Positions 40,585 through 51,104 of a stretch of 64,000 nucleotides of DNA are shown piece after piece. The DNA is from an uncultured Chloroflexia bacterium (GTDB taxonomy: Bacteria; Chloroflexota; Limnocylindria; Limnocylindrales; CSP1-4). Location: positions 128,001 to 192,000 of the forward strand of contig CAVYIM010000004.1 in assembly GCA_963768655.1 (NCBI GenBank), written 5' to 3'. How positions within the stretch are numbered: the first letter of the stretch is position 1; the number at the start of each line of letters is the position of its first letter. The notes beneath the pieces were generated by a model. The model searched no databases. It saw nothing but the letters and a program-made list of their open reading frames with translations, and was not told where the DNA came from. The translations under genes were made by a program, and so were the position numbers.

Positions 40585-41585
40585 TCCTCAACCTCGCTGT
40601 CGGCCATCCGCGGCATCGGCAGAGCCCGCTTGTCGGGCCTGGGCCGGTGCGCGGCAGGTGCGGCCCCGGCGGCCGCGAGCGTCTCCGCGGGGGCCGCCTT
40701 CAGGGCCGCCACCAGCGTCTTCTTCGCGTTCGTGTACTCGCGCCCGACCCCGGCCTTGCCCGGCTCGACGCCGAAGGCCACGGCCATGAGCTGGGTGAAG
40801 AACACGATCGGCATCTTGTAGTGGGTGTGGAACATGGCGTTCATCTCGCCCTGGTAGGCGTCGATGTTGATCTGGCACATCGGGCAGACCGTGACCATCA
40901 TCGCGGCCTCGCGCTTCTCGGCTTCCGCCACCAGGCGCCGGATCAGCTCCAGGCCGACCTTGGGGGCGACCTGGGTCATGTGGCCGCCGCAGCACTCGGT
41001 CTTGAGCGGGTAGTCCACCACGTCCGCGCCGAGGGCTCGAAGCAGGCGGTCGAGATCGTTTGGCTGCTCGTGGTTGGTGTAGGCCCCGTCGATATCCGGG
41101 CGGGGGACCATGCAGCCGAGGTAGGGCGCGACCTTGAGGCCGGTGAGGGGCTTCTTGACCGCGGCCTTGACCCTGTCCAGGCCGACGTCGTTGAGGATCA
41201 CCTCGAGGAGGTGGCGGACCTTGATCGTGCCCGGGTCGTAGTGCAGCCCGCCGGCCCCGAGCGCATCGTTGACGCGGGCGTTGAGCGCGGGCTGCTGGCC
41301 CATGTAGTGGTCCGTCTTGGCCAGGTTGAGGTAGCAGGCGCTGCAGGCGGCGACGAGGGGCTGGCCGTCCTTCTTCTCGCCGGCGGCGATGGCCAGGTTG
41401 CGGGCGATCATTGCGTACGCCGGAGTCGTGCTCAGGCTCACGTACTCGGTGGCGCCGCAGCAGTTCCAGTCGTCGATCTCTTCGAAGGTGATTCCGAGGG
41501 GCTCGCAGATACCTTCGAGGGACTCTCGATAGGAGCGGCCGCTGCCCTCCATGGAGCAGCCCGGGTAGTAGAGGTAGCTGGTCAT
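40581..41585 (-). CDS. hdrB: Heterodisulfide reductase subunit B
   Basis: Two CCG domains: YYPGC..WNCCG..CSAC and YLGC..ECCG..CPMC. Confidence 0.93.
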   Translation of the reverse strand: MTSYLYYPGCSMEGSGRSYRESLEGICEPLGITFEEIDDWNCCGATEYVSLSTTPAYAMIARNLAIAAGEKKDGQPLVAACSACYLNLAKTDHYMGQQPALNARVNDALGAGGLHYDPGTIKVRHLLEVILNDVGLDRVKAAVKKPLTGLKVAPYLGCMVPRPDIDGAYTNHEQPNDLDRLLRALGADVVDYPLKTECCGGHMTQVAPKVGLELIRRLVAEAEKREAAMMVTVCPMCQINIDAYQGEMNAMFHTHYKMPIVFFTQLMAVAFGVEPGKAGVGREYTNAKKTLVAALKAAPAETLAAAGAAPAAHRPRPDKRALPMPRMADSEVEE

Positions 41586-42169
41586 TGGGCTCGCTCCAGC
41601 TGATCGGCCCGCTGCAGGATCGCCTGCAGTTGCTTCTTCTGGTGGATCTGGTGGGGCAGGATCCCGATCCGACCGTGGCGGAAGAGGCCGAAGGCCATGG
41701 GCGTCATCCCCGGCAACCGCAGGATGTAGTGGCGCAGGTAGTGGCGCGCCGTCAGGCCGATCTCCCAGCTGCGGCCGAAGCGCCTGGCCTGGCCGATGAA
41801 GACGCCGGTGAAGTCGGGCCCGACGTTGTTCGGATAGGTGTGCTCCTCTTCCGCGATGACCTTGAGGGCGTACATCACGTCCGTGATTTCAATGTCCTGC
41901 GGGCAGCGAACCACGCAGTGGTAGCAGGAGAGGCACATCCACGGCGTGTTGCTGTGGAGGACCTCGTCACGCTCGCCGGCGCGGATGAGCGCGAACAGCC
42001 CGCGCGGCGTGTGGTCCATGGCGTCCGCGGAGGGACAGGAACCTCCGCAGGAGCCGCACTGGATGCACATCTCGAGGCGCGAGACGCCTGCAGTCTTCGC
42101 GCCCACCTCGGCGAGGAAACGAACGCCCGCGTCCGTCACCTCCGGAGATGAGACCTGAGCCACGACCAT
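41582..42169 (-). CDS. hdrC: Heterodisulfide reductase subunit C
   Basis: CIQCGSCGGSCP and W.CLSCYHCVVRCP motifs. Confidence 0.92.
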   Translation of the reverse strand: MVVAQVSSPEVTDAGVRFLAEVGAKTAGVSRLEMCIQCGSCGGSCPSADAMDHTPRGLFALIRAGERDEVLHSNTPWMCLSCYHCVVRCPQDIEITDVMYALKVIAEEEHTYPNNVGPDFTGVFIGQARRFGRSWEIGLTARHYLRHYILRLPGMTPMAFGLFRHGRIGILPHQIHQKKQLQAILQRADQLERAQ

Positions 42170-42609
42170 CCAAATGCCCCTTTGGTTACCGGTTTGGCCC
42201 TGGTCGACCTTGCTCCGGTCGCGCGCCGCAGCGGACGTCCGCGCCTACCTCGTGCGCGAGCGTCCGGCAACGGCGGAACCGTTCAGCCACGACCGTCCAG
42301 AGTTTGGCCGGGGTTGCGGGATATGAAGTGGGGACGCCACTGCGCTCTTGCCGGGGCGCTCCGGGCCGGGCTTCGGTGGCAACGGACCGGAGACCGACTA
42401 TGCGGGCCGCGTGACGCGGACCTACCTGTTGCCTTGTAGCTATTCTCGGAAGCCGGGTTCGGTGCCGATAGGGCCGCATGACCCGGCCCATCGGGGGCCA
42501 ACCCGCCCGCGTTTCCCGGCCTCTTGGGGCTGGGGCAGCGGACAGCGGCACGACCCATACGGGCGGTATTGGGCTCGTTCGAGGGTGGACGGTAGGGCCG
42601 CCGGTAGAT

Positions 42610-44043
42610 TCAGGAGCAGAAGCGGGAGACGGCGTCCCAGAGCACGGGCAGGCCGAAGCGCAGCGCCTCGACGCCGACGCGCTCGTCGTCGCCGTGCATC
42701 AGGTTCAGGAGACCCTCGTCGCGGGCGAGGCGCAGCGGCGAGAAGCCGTACGTCGGAACGCCGATGCGGGCCAGGTGCTTGGCATCCGTGGCGAACGGGG
42801 CGAGGAACGGCAGCGGCACCGCGGCGGCGTCGTGGTCGCGCAGGACGTGCTCGAGGAGCTGGTAGAGCGGCCCGTCGAGCGGCGCGGAAACGGAGGGCCC
42901 GATCTGCTCGCATTCGATGTCCATGCGCGCCCACAACTCCTCGCCGATGCGACGGCGCAGCTCCTCGCGCATGGCCGGCTCGTCGGTGCCGGGGAGCGTC
43001 CGGCAGTCTATCTCGATATGGGCTGTGCCGGGGATGACGTTGTACTTCACCCCGGACTGAACGATGCCGACGGAGACGGTGTCGTGGAGGATGGCCGAGA
43101 CGGTACGGGCCAGGACCGGATCGCACAGATCTCGGAGAGTGGCCTCGATGGCCCCCGGCTCGGGGGCGGTCAGGCCGTTAGCCCCCGCCAGGAGGCCCTG
43201 GATGGCGCGCGCCGCCCGGGCCGTCAGGTGCGGGATTGCCCGCGCCAGCGACACTGCGATCGGCTCCGTGAGGCGCGCCGGCCCCGGCTCCGCCAGGCGC
43301 GTCACGATTTGAGCGGCCAGAACCGCGGCGTTGTCCGGCGTAGGTATGGAGCCGTGGCCCCAGCGGCCCTTGACGTGGATCTTGTAGACGACGAAGCCCT
43401 TCTCCGCCACCTGGATCGGATAGAAGCGGACGCCACCGTAGGTCGTCGCGATGCCGCCCGCCTCGTTCAGCGCCCCGGCGGCGCGCAGCCAGTCGGGGTG
43501 CTCGTTGACCAGCCAGTCGGCACCGTGCCAGCCGCCGGCCTCCTCGTCGGCGGAGGAGCAGAAGATGACGTCGCGGCGCAAGCCCGGGATCGGATCTTCG
43601 GCTGGACTGCGGCCGTTGGCGCGCGCTGCCCGGGCGAGGCGGCGCATGACCTGCACCTCCATCGCCACCATGCCCTTCATGTCGATCGCGCCGCGACCCC
43701 AGACGTAGCCGTCCACGAGATCCCCGCCGAACGGGTCGTGCTTCCAGCCGGCCGGTTCCGCGGGCACGACGTCGAGGTGTGAGAGAAGCAGCAGCGGGTC
43801 GCCGCCGCTGCCGTCGCCGCGGACGCGGGCCACGATGGATCCGCGGCCGGGAAACGGCTCCACGACCGTCGGCCGGAGGCCTTCGTCGACGAGCACCTGC
43901 TCCAGATAGCGCGCCGCCAGGATCTCGTCGCCGGGCGGGTTGACGCTCTTGATCCGAATGAGCGCCCGAAGCAGCTCGACGAGTTCCGAGAGCTCCGTAT
44001 CGGACAACCTGCCGTCTCGTTCGCTGCGCATCTCGCCGGTCAC
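42610..44043 (-). CDS. M20/M25/M40 family metallo-hydrolase
   Basis: SHLDVV, GRGAIDMKG, DEEAGG, GHGS, NVIP and HG.DE motifs. Confidence 0.9.
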   Translation of the reverse strand: MTGEMRSERDGRLSDTELSELVELLRALIRIKSVNPPGDEILAARYLEQVLVDEGLRPTVVEPFPGRGSIVARVRGDGSGGDPLLLLSHLDVVPAEPAGWKHDPFGGDLVDGYVWGRGAIDMKGMVAMEVQVMRRLARAARANGRSPAEDPIPGLRRDVIFCSSADEEAGGWHGADWLVNEHPDWLRAAGALNEAGGIATTYGGVRFYPIQVAEKGFVVYKIHVKGRWGHGSIPTPDNAAVLAAQIVTRLAEPGPARLTEPIAVSLARAIPHLTARAARAIQGLLAGANGLTAPEPGAIEATLRDLCDPVLARTVSAILHDTVSVGIVQSGVKYNVIPGTAHIEIDCRTLPGTDEPAMREELRRRIGEELWARMDIECEQIGPSVSAPLDGPLYQLLEHVLRDHDAAAVPLPFLAPFATDAKHLARIGVPTYGFSPLRLARDEGLLNLMHGDDERVGVEALRFGLPVLWDAVSRFCS

Positions 44044-44358
44044 TCTCGCCTCCGAGCCGAATGGGTCGGCCGGTGGAGATCATGACCCAGTTGCCCGGGG
44101 AGTGCCATTCGTGGGCTACCTGGACCAGTTCCCCTCATCCGGGAATTGGGCGTCCTTTCGGCAGGTGCACGGCGTGGTAGAGGCGGTGCAGGCCTCCGTC
44201 GGGCCGGCGGTCACGCTCGGCCCGACGATCAGACGCGCCACGAGCCGTGGGATCCGGCCCAAAGCCGGGCCAGACCTGGCCCTCCCACCCGGCTGGAATT
44301 GGACGACATGGCGCGAGCCGCTCGATGGGCGCCCGAACGACGGCCCGCCCTGCTCCGC

Positions 44359-46119
44359 CTACTTACCCGCGGACGTCGCCAGCCGCTCCGCCAGCCGCTC
44401 TCCGGTGGTGACCGCCCCGAGCGACGCGGACGAGACCAAGGCCGCGTACTTGGCCATGACGCCGGTCTTGTAGCGCGGCGCGGGTGAGGTCCAGCGTGCG
44501 CGCCGCGCCGCCAGGACGCCCGCCGGAACGTTGAGGTCCAGGGCGTGACGGTCGACGTCGATGACGATCTCGTCGCCCTCCTCGACCAGCGCGATCGGGC
44601 CGCCCAGCGCCGCCTCCGGCGCCACGTGGCCGATCATCAACCCGTGGGTGCCGCCGGAGAAGCGGCCGTCGGTGAGCAGGGCCACGTAGTCGCCCATGCC
44701 CTCGCCGGATAGCGCCGCCGTGACCGAGAGCATCTCCTGCATGCCGGGTCCGCCGACCGGACCCTCGTAGCGGATCACGATCACATCTTCCTTGTTGATC
44801 TTCTGGTTGCGGACGGCGTCGTAGCAGGCGTTCTCGGTGTCGAAGACGCGGGCCGGGCCCTTGTGGAAGCGGCGCTCGTGACCGGCCAGCTTGATGACAC
44901 AGCCTTCCGGGGCCAGCGTGCCGTGCAGGATCGTCAGGCCGCCGGTCGGGCTGAGCGGAGTCTCGATCGGCACGACGACCTTCTGGCCGGCCGTCTCGAC
45001 CGTGGCCGCCGCCGCGCTGGCGATCGTGCCGCCGTCGACGTTGGGGGTGGAGCCGTCGATCAGGCCCTTCTTGAGCAGCTCGCGGGTGACGAGGGAGAGT
45101 CCGCCGGCTTCGTAGAGGTCGGCGGCGGCATAGTGCCCACCGGGCACCAGGTCGCCGATGATCGGGGTCCGATCGGCGATCTCGCCGAAGACGTCGATGT
45201 CGAGCGGCGGGAGGCCGTATTCGTGGGCGATGGCCAGCAGGTGCAGAACGGCGTTGGTCGAGCCGCCGGTCGCGGCCACGCACGCGATCGCGTTCTGGAT
45301 CGACGCGCGGGTGACGAACTCCTTGGGCCGGACGTCGCGCCGGATCAGGTCCATCACGATCTCGCCGCAGCGATGCGCTGCCCTGTCCTTGTCCGGATGC
45401 TCGGCCGGGATGCCGTTGAGGCCCGCCGGCGAGAGGCCCAGGATCTCGAGGACCATCGACATCGTATTGGCGGTGTACTGCCCGCCGCACGCCCCGGCGC
45501 CCGGGCAGCTCACCGACTCGATCTCGTACAGCTCCTCGGCCGACATCTTGCCGGCCCGGTACGCACCGATGGCCTCGAAGATGGTGACGATCGTGGCGTC
45601 GCGCTTGCCCCTGTACACGCCCGGATAGATCGTGCCGTTGTAGAGGATCAGGCCAGGCCGGTCGAGGCGGCCAAGGGCCATCACGGCGCCCGGGATCGTC
45701 TTGTCGCAGCCCACCAGGCAGACGACGCCGTCGAGCATGTGGCCGCGGACGCACAGCTCGATCGAATCGGCGATGACCTCACGGCTGATGAGGCTGGTCT
45801 TCATGCCCTCGGTGCCCATCGAGGTCCCGTCGGAGATGGAGATCGTGCTGAACTCCATCGGCGTGCCGCCCGCCGCCCGGATGCCCGCCTTGACGTGCTC
45901 CGCCAGCCGGCGCTGGTTGTAGTTGCACGGCATCGTCTCGATCCAGGTCGTGGCCACGCCGATGAGCGGCCGGGCTAGGGCGTTGTCGTCGAAGCCGATG
46001 GCCTTGAGCATGCCGCGCGCGGCGGCGCGGTCGGGGCCGTCGGTCAGGGCGGCGCTGTGGCGCTTGTCCGGGTTGCTGGGCAGGTCGTAGGGCAGGGGGC
46101 AAGGGGCGTCGTTCGACAT
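44359..46119 (-). CDS. ilvD: Dihydroxy-acid dehydratase
   Basis: [38 protein letters not shown] and GHVAPEA motifs. Confidence 0.95.
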   Translation of the reverse strand: MSNDAPCPLPYDLPSNPDKRHSAALTDGPDRAAARGMLKAIGFDDNALARPLIGVATTWIETMPCNYNQRRLAEHVKAGIRAAGGTPMEFSTISISDGTSMGTEGMKTSLISREVIADSIELCVRGHMLDGVVCLVGCDKTIPGAVMALGRLDRPGLILYNGTIYPGVYRGKRDATIVTIFEAIGAYRAGKMSAEELYEIESVSCPGAGACGGQYTANTMSMVLEILGLSPAGLNGIPAEHPDKDRAAHRCGEIVMDLIRRDVRPKEFVTRASIQNAIACVAATGGSTNAVLHLLAIAHEYGLPPLDIDVFGEIADRTPIIGDLVPGGHYAAADLYEAGGLSLVTRELLKKGLIDGSTPNVDGGTIASAAAATVETAGQKVVVPIETPLSPTGGLTILHGTLAPEGCVIKLAGHERRFHKGPARVFDTENACYDAVRNQKINKEDVIVIRYEGPVGGPGMQEMLSVTAALSGEGMGDYVALLTDGRFSGGTHGLMIGHVAPEAALGGPIALVEEGDEIVIDVDRHALDLNVPAGVLAARRARWTSPAPRYKTGVMAKYAALVSSASLGAVTTGERLAERLATSAGK

Positions 46120-46248
46120 GGTGGGTCTCTCCGCGGGTCTGAGCGGCTGCGTCGTCGCGGTAAGTTTAGGGCCTGAGGGATGGCGGCCGAGCGCCGGCGC
46201 AACGCGCCCCCGGTCGAGGGCGGCGGCCGGTCGGACTCCGGCGGCGCT

Positions 46249-48033
46249 CTACAGCTTCGAGATGAGCCAGCCGAGGGCGCTGTTCAACGATGGTGAAGGG
46301 CCCGTCTGGACGACCACGTCAAGCGCCGTCCGCTGCCCGTTGGGTGCGGTGTTCACCGCCACGACCCACCACTGCCGGTACGGCGGCAGCTTCGTCAGGT
46401 CGACGGACTCGGCGCCGGACGGCGCGACCGTCGTGTCGGAGTTCGGAATGCCGGGCTTGACGCTGATCGTGGCTGCGGTCGCGGACGGATCGACGACGAC
46501 AAACGGCCCCTCCGTCGAAGCTGGCCAGAACTCCACGGTGACGACACCGCTACCGGCCGACGGGGGCACGCCATATTCGTAGGACCCGGTGTCGGTCTCG
46601 AACACTGTCAGCTCGACGGAACTGCCCTGTGCCAGCGGCGTTCCCGGCGTCGCGTTCGGGTCGAACGCGAACAACCGGCCGCCCGGCAGGAGCGTGAGGA
46701 TCGCCACCAGGAGAATCGCCGCGCCGGCGCCCCGCATGGTGTAGGCATTCTCGTTCGCGTGCCGGGGCCGGAATGTGCCGGCGACGAAAGCGACGGGCAC
46801 GGCCATGAGGGTTGCCACCGTGAGCGCGTCCTGGTAGCCGGGCAGGAGCAGAGCCAGGATGAGCACGCCGACCGCCCCGCCGACCGCCCACGGCAGGCGA
46901 AGCGTGGCGTCGCGGTGCCGGCTGATCCGGGCCAGCTGGCCCATGCTTAGGCGCCCGGCGGCGAACGCTCCCAGGCAGGTCATGATCGCGACCTGGTTGG
47001 TGGCCCATTCGGCGGACTCGAGCACGGTGACGTGGAGGCCTGTCAGGCTGACGATCCCGACGACCATGTCGGTGATGCCGGGCGCCACGACCAGGACCGC
47101 TATCGAAAGGAAGAGCCACAGCACCATCTCGGCCACGAGCAAGAACAGGGCTCGGCGGATGGCGCGGTTGAGCCGGCCCGGCGACTGCTCCGCCTGCTCG
47201 ATGAGAGCCGCCAGGTCGAGCGGCGGCCCGAGCCGGCTCGTGGCCTCGGACGCGGCCGCCTCCGGGCCGTAGCCGTGCTGCTCCAGAGCCCCGGCCGAAT
47301 CGACCAGGTGATCGCCGATCTCCTGGCAGACCCGATCCAGCTCGATCCTGGGCAGGTCCAGGCGGGCGCCGAGGTCGTCCACATAAGCCGCCAGAGCGGC
47401 CCCGCCGGGCCGCCGACCTTCACCGGACGCCGGGCCGGGTTCAGCCGGGAACGGCGGCCGGGTCTCGATGTACCGGTCGATGCGGGGAGTGGCGCGGGGC
47501 GTTGGCGGCGGCGCGGGTGCGTTGGCCGATGGCGCGGGCGCGGGCAGCGAGGCCGTCGCGGGGCCCGTCGCCGCGGACGTCCGAGCCGGAGCCGGAGCCG
47601 CGCCCTCGGGCGTCGCCGGGCGCGCCGTCGACGCCGTGTCCCTGGGCATGAACCACGAGCCGGCTTCGGGGTCGGGGCTGGCAAGTCGACGCTCCGCGCG
47701 GTCGGGCGCTCTGAACTGGCCCTGGTTGGCACGGGAGCCGGCCGGAGACCAGTCGGGTTCGTCGGCGCGTTCCAGGGCGCGCACGGTCGGGCGGTACTTG
47801 CGCCTGGTCCGCTCCCCGGCATGCCAGTCGCTCTGGAGCAGGCCCTCCGCCTCGAGGCGGTAGAGAGTGGGGTAGAGATGGGCCTCGGTGAGCCGGCTGG
47901 GGATGCCCTGCGCCGATCCGAGCCACCGCCAGATCTCGAAGCCGGAGAGCTCCTGTCCGCGTAGCGAGTCGATGATGGCGCGGTCGACCCCCTCGTCCAC
48001 GATCAATGGACCGTCCCGGCCCGACTGATACAT
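46249..48033 (-). CDS. PadR-HTH / HAAS-like / multi-pass membrane fusion protein
   Basis: N-terminal LSGFEI...LYPTLYRLE.EGLL...RRKY, Pro-rich linker, Y.DDL..RL...EI.DHL.D...A..RLG helical motif, about five TM helices, C-terminal soluble domain. Confidence 0.78.
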   Translation of the reverse strand: MYQSGRDGPLIVDEGVDRAIIDSLRGQELSGFEIWRWLGSAQGIPSRLTEAHLYPTLYRLEAEGLLQSDWHAGERTRRKYRPTVRALERADEPDWSPAGSRANQGQFRAPDRAERRLASPDPEAGSWFMPRDTASTARPATPEGAAPAPARTSAATGPATASLPAPAPSANAPAPPPTPRATPRIDRYIETRPPFPAEPGPASGEGRRPGGAALAAYVDDLGARLDLPRIELDRVCQEIGDHLVDSAGALEQHGYGPEAAASEATSRLGPPLDLAALIEQAEQSPGRLNRAIRRALFLLVAEMVLWLFLSIAVLVVAPGITDMVVGIVSLTGLHVTVLESAEWATNQVAIMTCLGAFAAGRLSMGQLARISRHRDATLRLPWAVGGAVGVLILALLLPGYQDALTVATLMAVPVAFVAGTFRPRHANENAYTMRGAGAAILLVAILTLLPGGRLFAFDPNATPGTPLAQGSSVELTVFETDTGSYEYGVPPSAGSGVVTVEFWPASTEGPFVVVDPSATAATISVKPGIPNSDTTVAPSGAESVDLTKLPPYRQWWVVAVNTAPNGQRTALDVVVQTGPSPSLNSALGWLISKL

Positions 48034-48145
48034 CCACCACCACCGTACACATGCGGCTCAGATGCGAGTTGGTCGCGCCGAGGAGTGTAGTCGTCGCCTG
48101 GCCCAGGCGCCGACGGGCCCGCCGGCCCCGGCAACGCCTGTAGAA

Positions 48146-49576
48146 CTAACCGGCAGCCGTCAGCCAGTCCCAGATTGTGCCGGTGAAGTTCCTTTCGACG
48201 AAGAACGGCCGGTCGCCGAGCCAGTACCGCTGGCCGTCCGCGCCTATGCCGGTCAGGAAGATCCACCATTTCGGAGTGCGGGAGCCGTTCAGGTTGATCG
48301 CGTCCTGGATCGTGTCGTCCGGACCAACGATCGCAACCGCACTCGCATAAGGCGCCGAGTAGCTCGTGTCCAGCAGGCCGAGCATGACTCCGGACGGAGC
48401 GCCGGGATACGCGTTGGCGCGCCAGGCCTCGATGCGGAGGTCGTGGAACGCGGATAGCATGGCCGGGTCCTGGACGGTGATCGTGGGAGCGACGCCGACC
48501 ACGGAGCTCGAGTAGTCGAGATTGATTGCCTGATCGGGCGCGTGCGGCGCTACGTGGTTCCAGCCGATGCTGTCGTCGGTGTAACTGACGCTCCAGCCGC
48601 CGGCCTGCCCGTTGACCCCGAACGGACCCAGCACGCCTGCCAGCACGACGAAGCCGACCAGGAGCCCGCCTGCAATGGCGAGTCGCCGGCCGGTCACCGC
48701 CGGAACACGCACCCGCACCTTGACCAGCGCCCCGGCCGCGAAGGTCAGCGGGATGGCAAGCTCGAACACGACGACGAGCCAGCTCTGCTGGACGGTGACC
48801 ACGAAGACGACGAGCCAGCCGAGCCCAAGCATCCCGGCGAGCGCCCACCAGGGGCCGAGTTGGGTCGCCGTCCGGCCGCTGACCAGAGCGCAGGCTCGGA
48901 CCGCCCGACGGCCGGCCACGAATGCGGGCAACCAGGCGATGGCCGCCCCGACGGCGGTGCCGAATCCCAGCTCGCTCTGGTCGAACTCGACGGGAATGAA
49001 GTGGTTGGCGACGAAGTCGACGAGCGGTCTCAGCCCGACTCCGATCACGAGCGCCGCAACGAACAAGACCCAGAATGCCAGGATCGTGCCCTGAATCGCG
49101 CCGACGCCGGCGGCCCAGACGCCGCCGGCGGCGCCGGCGAGCAACCGTCGCGTCGACTGGTGGGCCCGGCGGAGTTGCCGTGCCAGATCCTCCGTCCGAC
49201 CCAGTCGAGCCAGGGCTTCGCCGACCGCAAAGTCGAAATCGCGCCCCTCGGCCTGAATTGCGGCGATGGAGTCGGTGAGGTGGTCGGACAGCTCGGCACG
49301 GATCTCCGCGCGCATTTCAGCCGGCAATTCGAGTTGAGAGTCGAGGCGGGTCAGGTACTCCGCCGCCTCCGCCGGAAGCTGATCCGGGACGCGCCCCTGG
49401 AGCGTTTGCTTGCTCGCGGCCGACCGCGCGTTGCGCCTGCCAAGTTCGACCTGGCCCCAGAACGCCCATGCGAGCAGAACCACGATGGTCGCGGGCAACG
49501 TGCCCGCTCTCGCGAAGGCCGCCGTCGCCAGAATCAGGATTGCCGACGCAAGCACGGCCGAGAAGAACCTAGCCAT
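48146..49576 (-). CDS. HAAS-like (PadR-associated) membrane sensor protein
   Basis: YL..L...L....EIRAELSDHL.D.......A..ALARLG..EDLA motif followed by TM helices; overlaps the padR stop. Confidence 0.78.
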   Translation of the reverse strand: MARFFSAVLASAILILATAAFARAGTLPATIVVLLAWAFWGQVELGRRNARSAASKQTLQGRVPDQLPAEAAEYLTRLDSQLELPAEMRAEIRAELSDHLTDSIAAIQAEGRDFDFAVGEALARLGRTEDLARQLRRAHQSTRRLLAGAAGGVWAAGVGAIQGTILAFWVLFVAALVIGVGLRPLVDFVANHFIPVEFDQSELGFGTAVGAAIAWLPAFVAGRRAVRACALVSGRTATQLGPWWALAGMLGLGWLVVFVVTVQQSWLVVVFELAIPLTFAAGALVKVRVRVPAVTGRRLAIAGGLLVGFVVLAGVLGPFGVNGQAGGWSVSYTDDSIGWNHVAPHAPDQAINLDYSSSVVGVAPTITVQDPAMLSAFHDLRIEAWRANAYPGAPSGVMLGLLDTSYSAPYASAVAIVGPDDTIQDAINLNGSRTPKWWIFLTGIGADGQRYWLGDRPFFVERNFTGTIWDWLTAAG

Positions 49577-49916
49577 TGGCCCGCGTCCCAACCGCTCGCG
49601 CCATCCCTACCGAGAAAGCGGCCCATTCGGCTTCGTGTTCCGCAAGCAGGCCGCTGCCCGTTGGCGTGATGCGGTAGTACCGGCGCCGCGGGCCCTTGTC
49701 GCTGTCGCGCCACTCGGCCTGGAGGGCGCCGTCGGCCTCGAGGCTGTGGAGCGCCGGATACAGCGACCCCTCGCTCGGCGCGAAGGCGCCGCCGCTCCGC
49801 TCGCGAACGCGCTGTGCGATCTCGTAGCCGTACAGCTCGCCGTCGCGCAGGACGCTCAGAACCAGGAGTGGAGTCGTGCCCTTGAGAAGCTGGCCCCGGA
49901 TCTTTCCTGCGCCCAC
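49569..49916 (-). CDS. PadR family transcriptional regulator
   Basis: LKG...LVL..L....YGYEI, EGSLYPAL..LE and RRRYY.IT..G motifs; GGAGGT RBS; TTGACA/TACGAT promoter at 49984-49955. Confidence 0.92.
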   Translation of the reverse strand: MGAGKIRGQLLKGTTPLLVLSVLRDGELYGYEIAQRVRERSGGAFAPSEGSLYPALHSLEADGALQAEWRDSDKGPRRRYYRITPTGSGLLAEHEAEWAAFSVGMARAVGTRANG

Positions 49917-50403
49917 GGCTACCTCCGTACACGCTCTATCATATAACGAGGTAGATCGTAGGCGATTGCGACCTCGCGTGTCAACGACATCGCGGCGGGC
50001 TTCGAGCGATCGGCAGCGGGCGCTATCGCGGCGCGATGCCTTCGCGCCGTGGGCCTGGGGCTTGTGCCCAGGGCCAAGCACAGACGCGGCAGTCCGGGCG
50101 AGTCTGAACCGGACATGCTCGTCTGGAGACACACGTCGAGCGAGGGGAGTGTCAACGAGCCGCCGTCGACGTCGGGACTGTTCGTTTGGAGCCACACAAC
50201 CGACGCCAGCAGAGCGTCCAGGTCGAGAATGTGGTCGCGGCTGGGCAGGATTGGCGAGTGAGCGGTCCGCTCTCGGCGCCATGTGGCGTATGTGGTTGTA
50301 TATGTACCTGAATACGAGCAGCCGATCGCCGAAGACGCCCCGATTGTCAGATGTGGATGTCTGGCCGGGCAGGAACGACCGCGCCGCGGCGCGCGCACGT
50401 AGG

Positions 50404-50434
50404 AAAAGAGGCCCGCTGGCGAATGGCGGGCCTC
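50404..50434 (-). terminator. Rho-independent terminator after leuD
   Basis: Minus strand reads GAGGCCCGC-CATTCGCCA-GCGGGCCTC-TTTT. Confidence 0.75.
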
Positions 50435-50485
50435 AAGTGGTCGGAGCGGGCGGCTATCGCGTGGCGGCGCCTTCACGCCGCGAGC

Positions 50486-51103
50486 CTAGGCTCGCAAGGT
50501 GTCGACGCGGGCCGGGTGGGCGGCTTCCCAGGCTTCGATCGCCGGCAGCTTCGAGCGCACGTAGCCGATCTCGTCGGTGCCGGCCAGGATCATCGCCCGG
50601 GCGAACGGATCGATCTCGAACGCGAACGACTCGCCGCCGGGCAACGCGACCCTTTCGGCCTCCAGATCCACGGTCCACTCGCCATCGGGCGCGGCCGAAA
50701 CCAGAGCCTGGAGAGCGGCGAGCCGCTCGGCGGAGACGACGATCGGCAGGAGCGCGTTCTTCAGCGCGTTGGCCCGGAAGATGTCGGCGAAGCTGGTCGA
50801 GACGATGGCCCGGATGCCCCACGCCCGCAGCGCCCACGGGGCGTGCTCGCGCGAGGATCCGGCGCCGAAGTTGTCGCCGACCAGGAGGATCTGGCGGCCG
50901 GCGTTGTGCGGCTCGTCGATGAAAGACGGCGGCACGCGCCGCTTCCCGTCCGGCGTGAAGCGCCAGTCGAAGAAGAGCGCGTCGGCCAGACCGGCCTTGT
51001 CGGTGATCTTGAGGAAGCGGGCCGGGCAGATCTGATCCGTGTCGATGTTGGCGCGTGGGATCGAGATGACGCGGCTGGTGGTCGAAACGAATGGCTCGGG
51101 CAT
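50486..51103 (-). CDS. leuD: 3-isopropylmalate dehydratase small subunit
   Basis: NIDTDQI.PARFL, NFGAGSSREHAPWAL and FADIF motifs. Confidence 0.95.
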   Translation of the reverse strand: MPEPFVSTTSRVISIPRANIDTDQICPARFLKITDKAGLADALFFDWRFTPDGKRRVPPSFIDEPHNAGRQILLVGDNFGAGSSREHAPWALRAWGIRAIVSTSFADIFRANALKNALLPIVVSAERLAALQALVSAAPDGEWTVDLEAERVALPGGESFAFEIDPFARAMILAGTDEIGYVRSKLPAIEAWEAAHPARVDTLRA

Positions 51104-51104
51104 G

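Noticed and set aside
35320-42169. Methanogenic or archaeal origin of the window, or selenocysteine-containing Mvh/Hdr subunits
   Set aside because: Flanking genes and promoters are bacterial, no mcr or mtr genes are present, and all relevant positions are Cys codons with no in-frame TGA
42170-42609. Short ORFs or a Rex/FNR-type operator upstream of hdrC
   Set aside because: The ORFs are low-complexity shadows and I found no convincing palindrome matching those motifs
49569-50282. 237-aa extended PadR
   Set aside because: A clear RBS and promoter lie just upstream of GTG 49916, and the extension has no recognisable protein features
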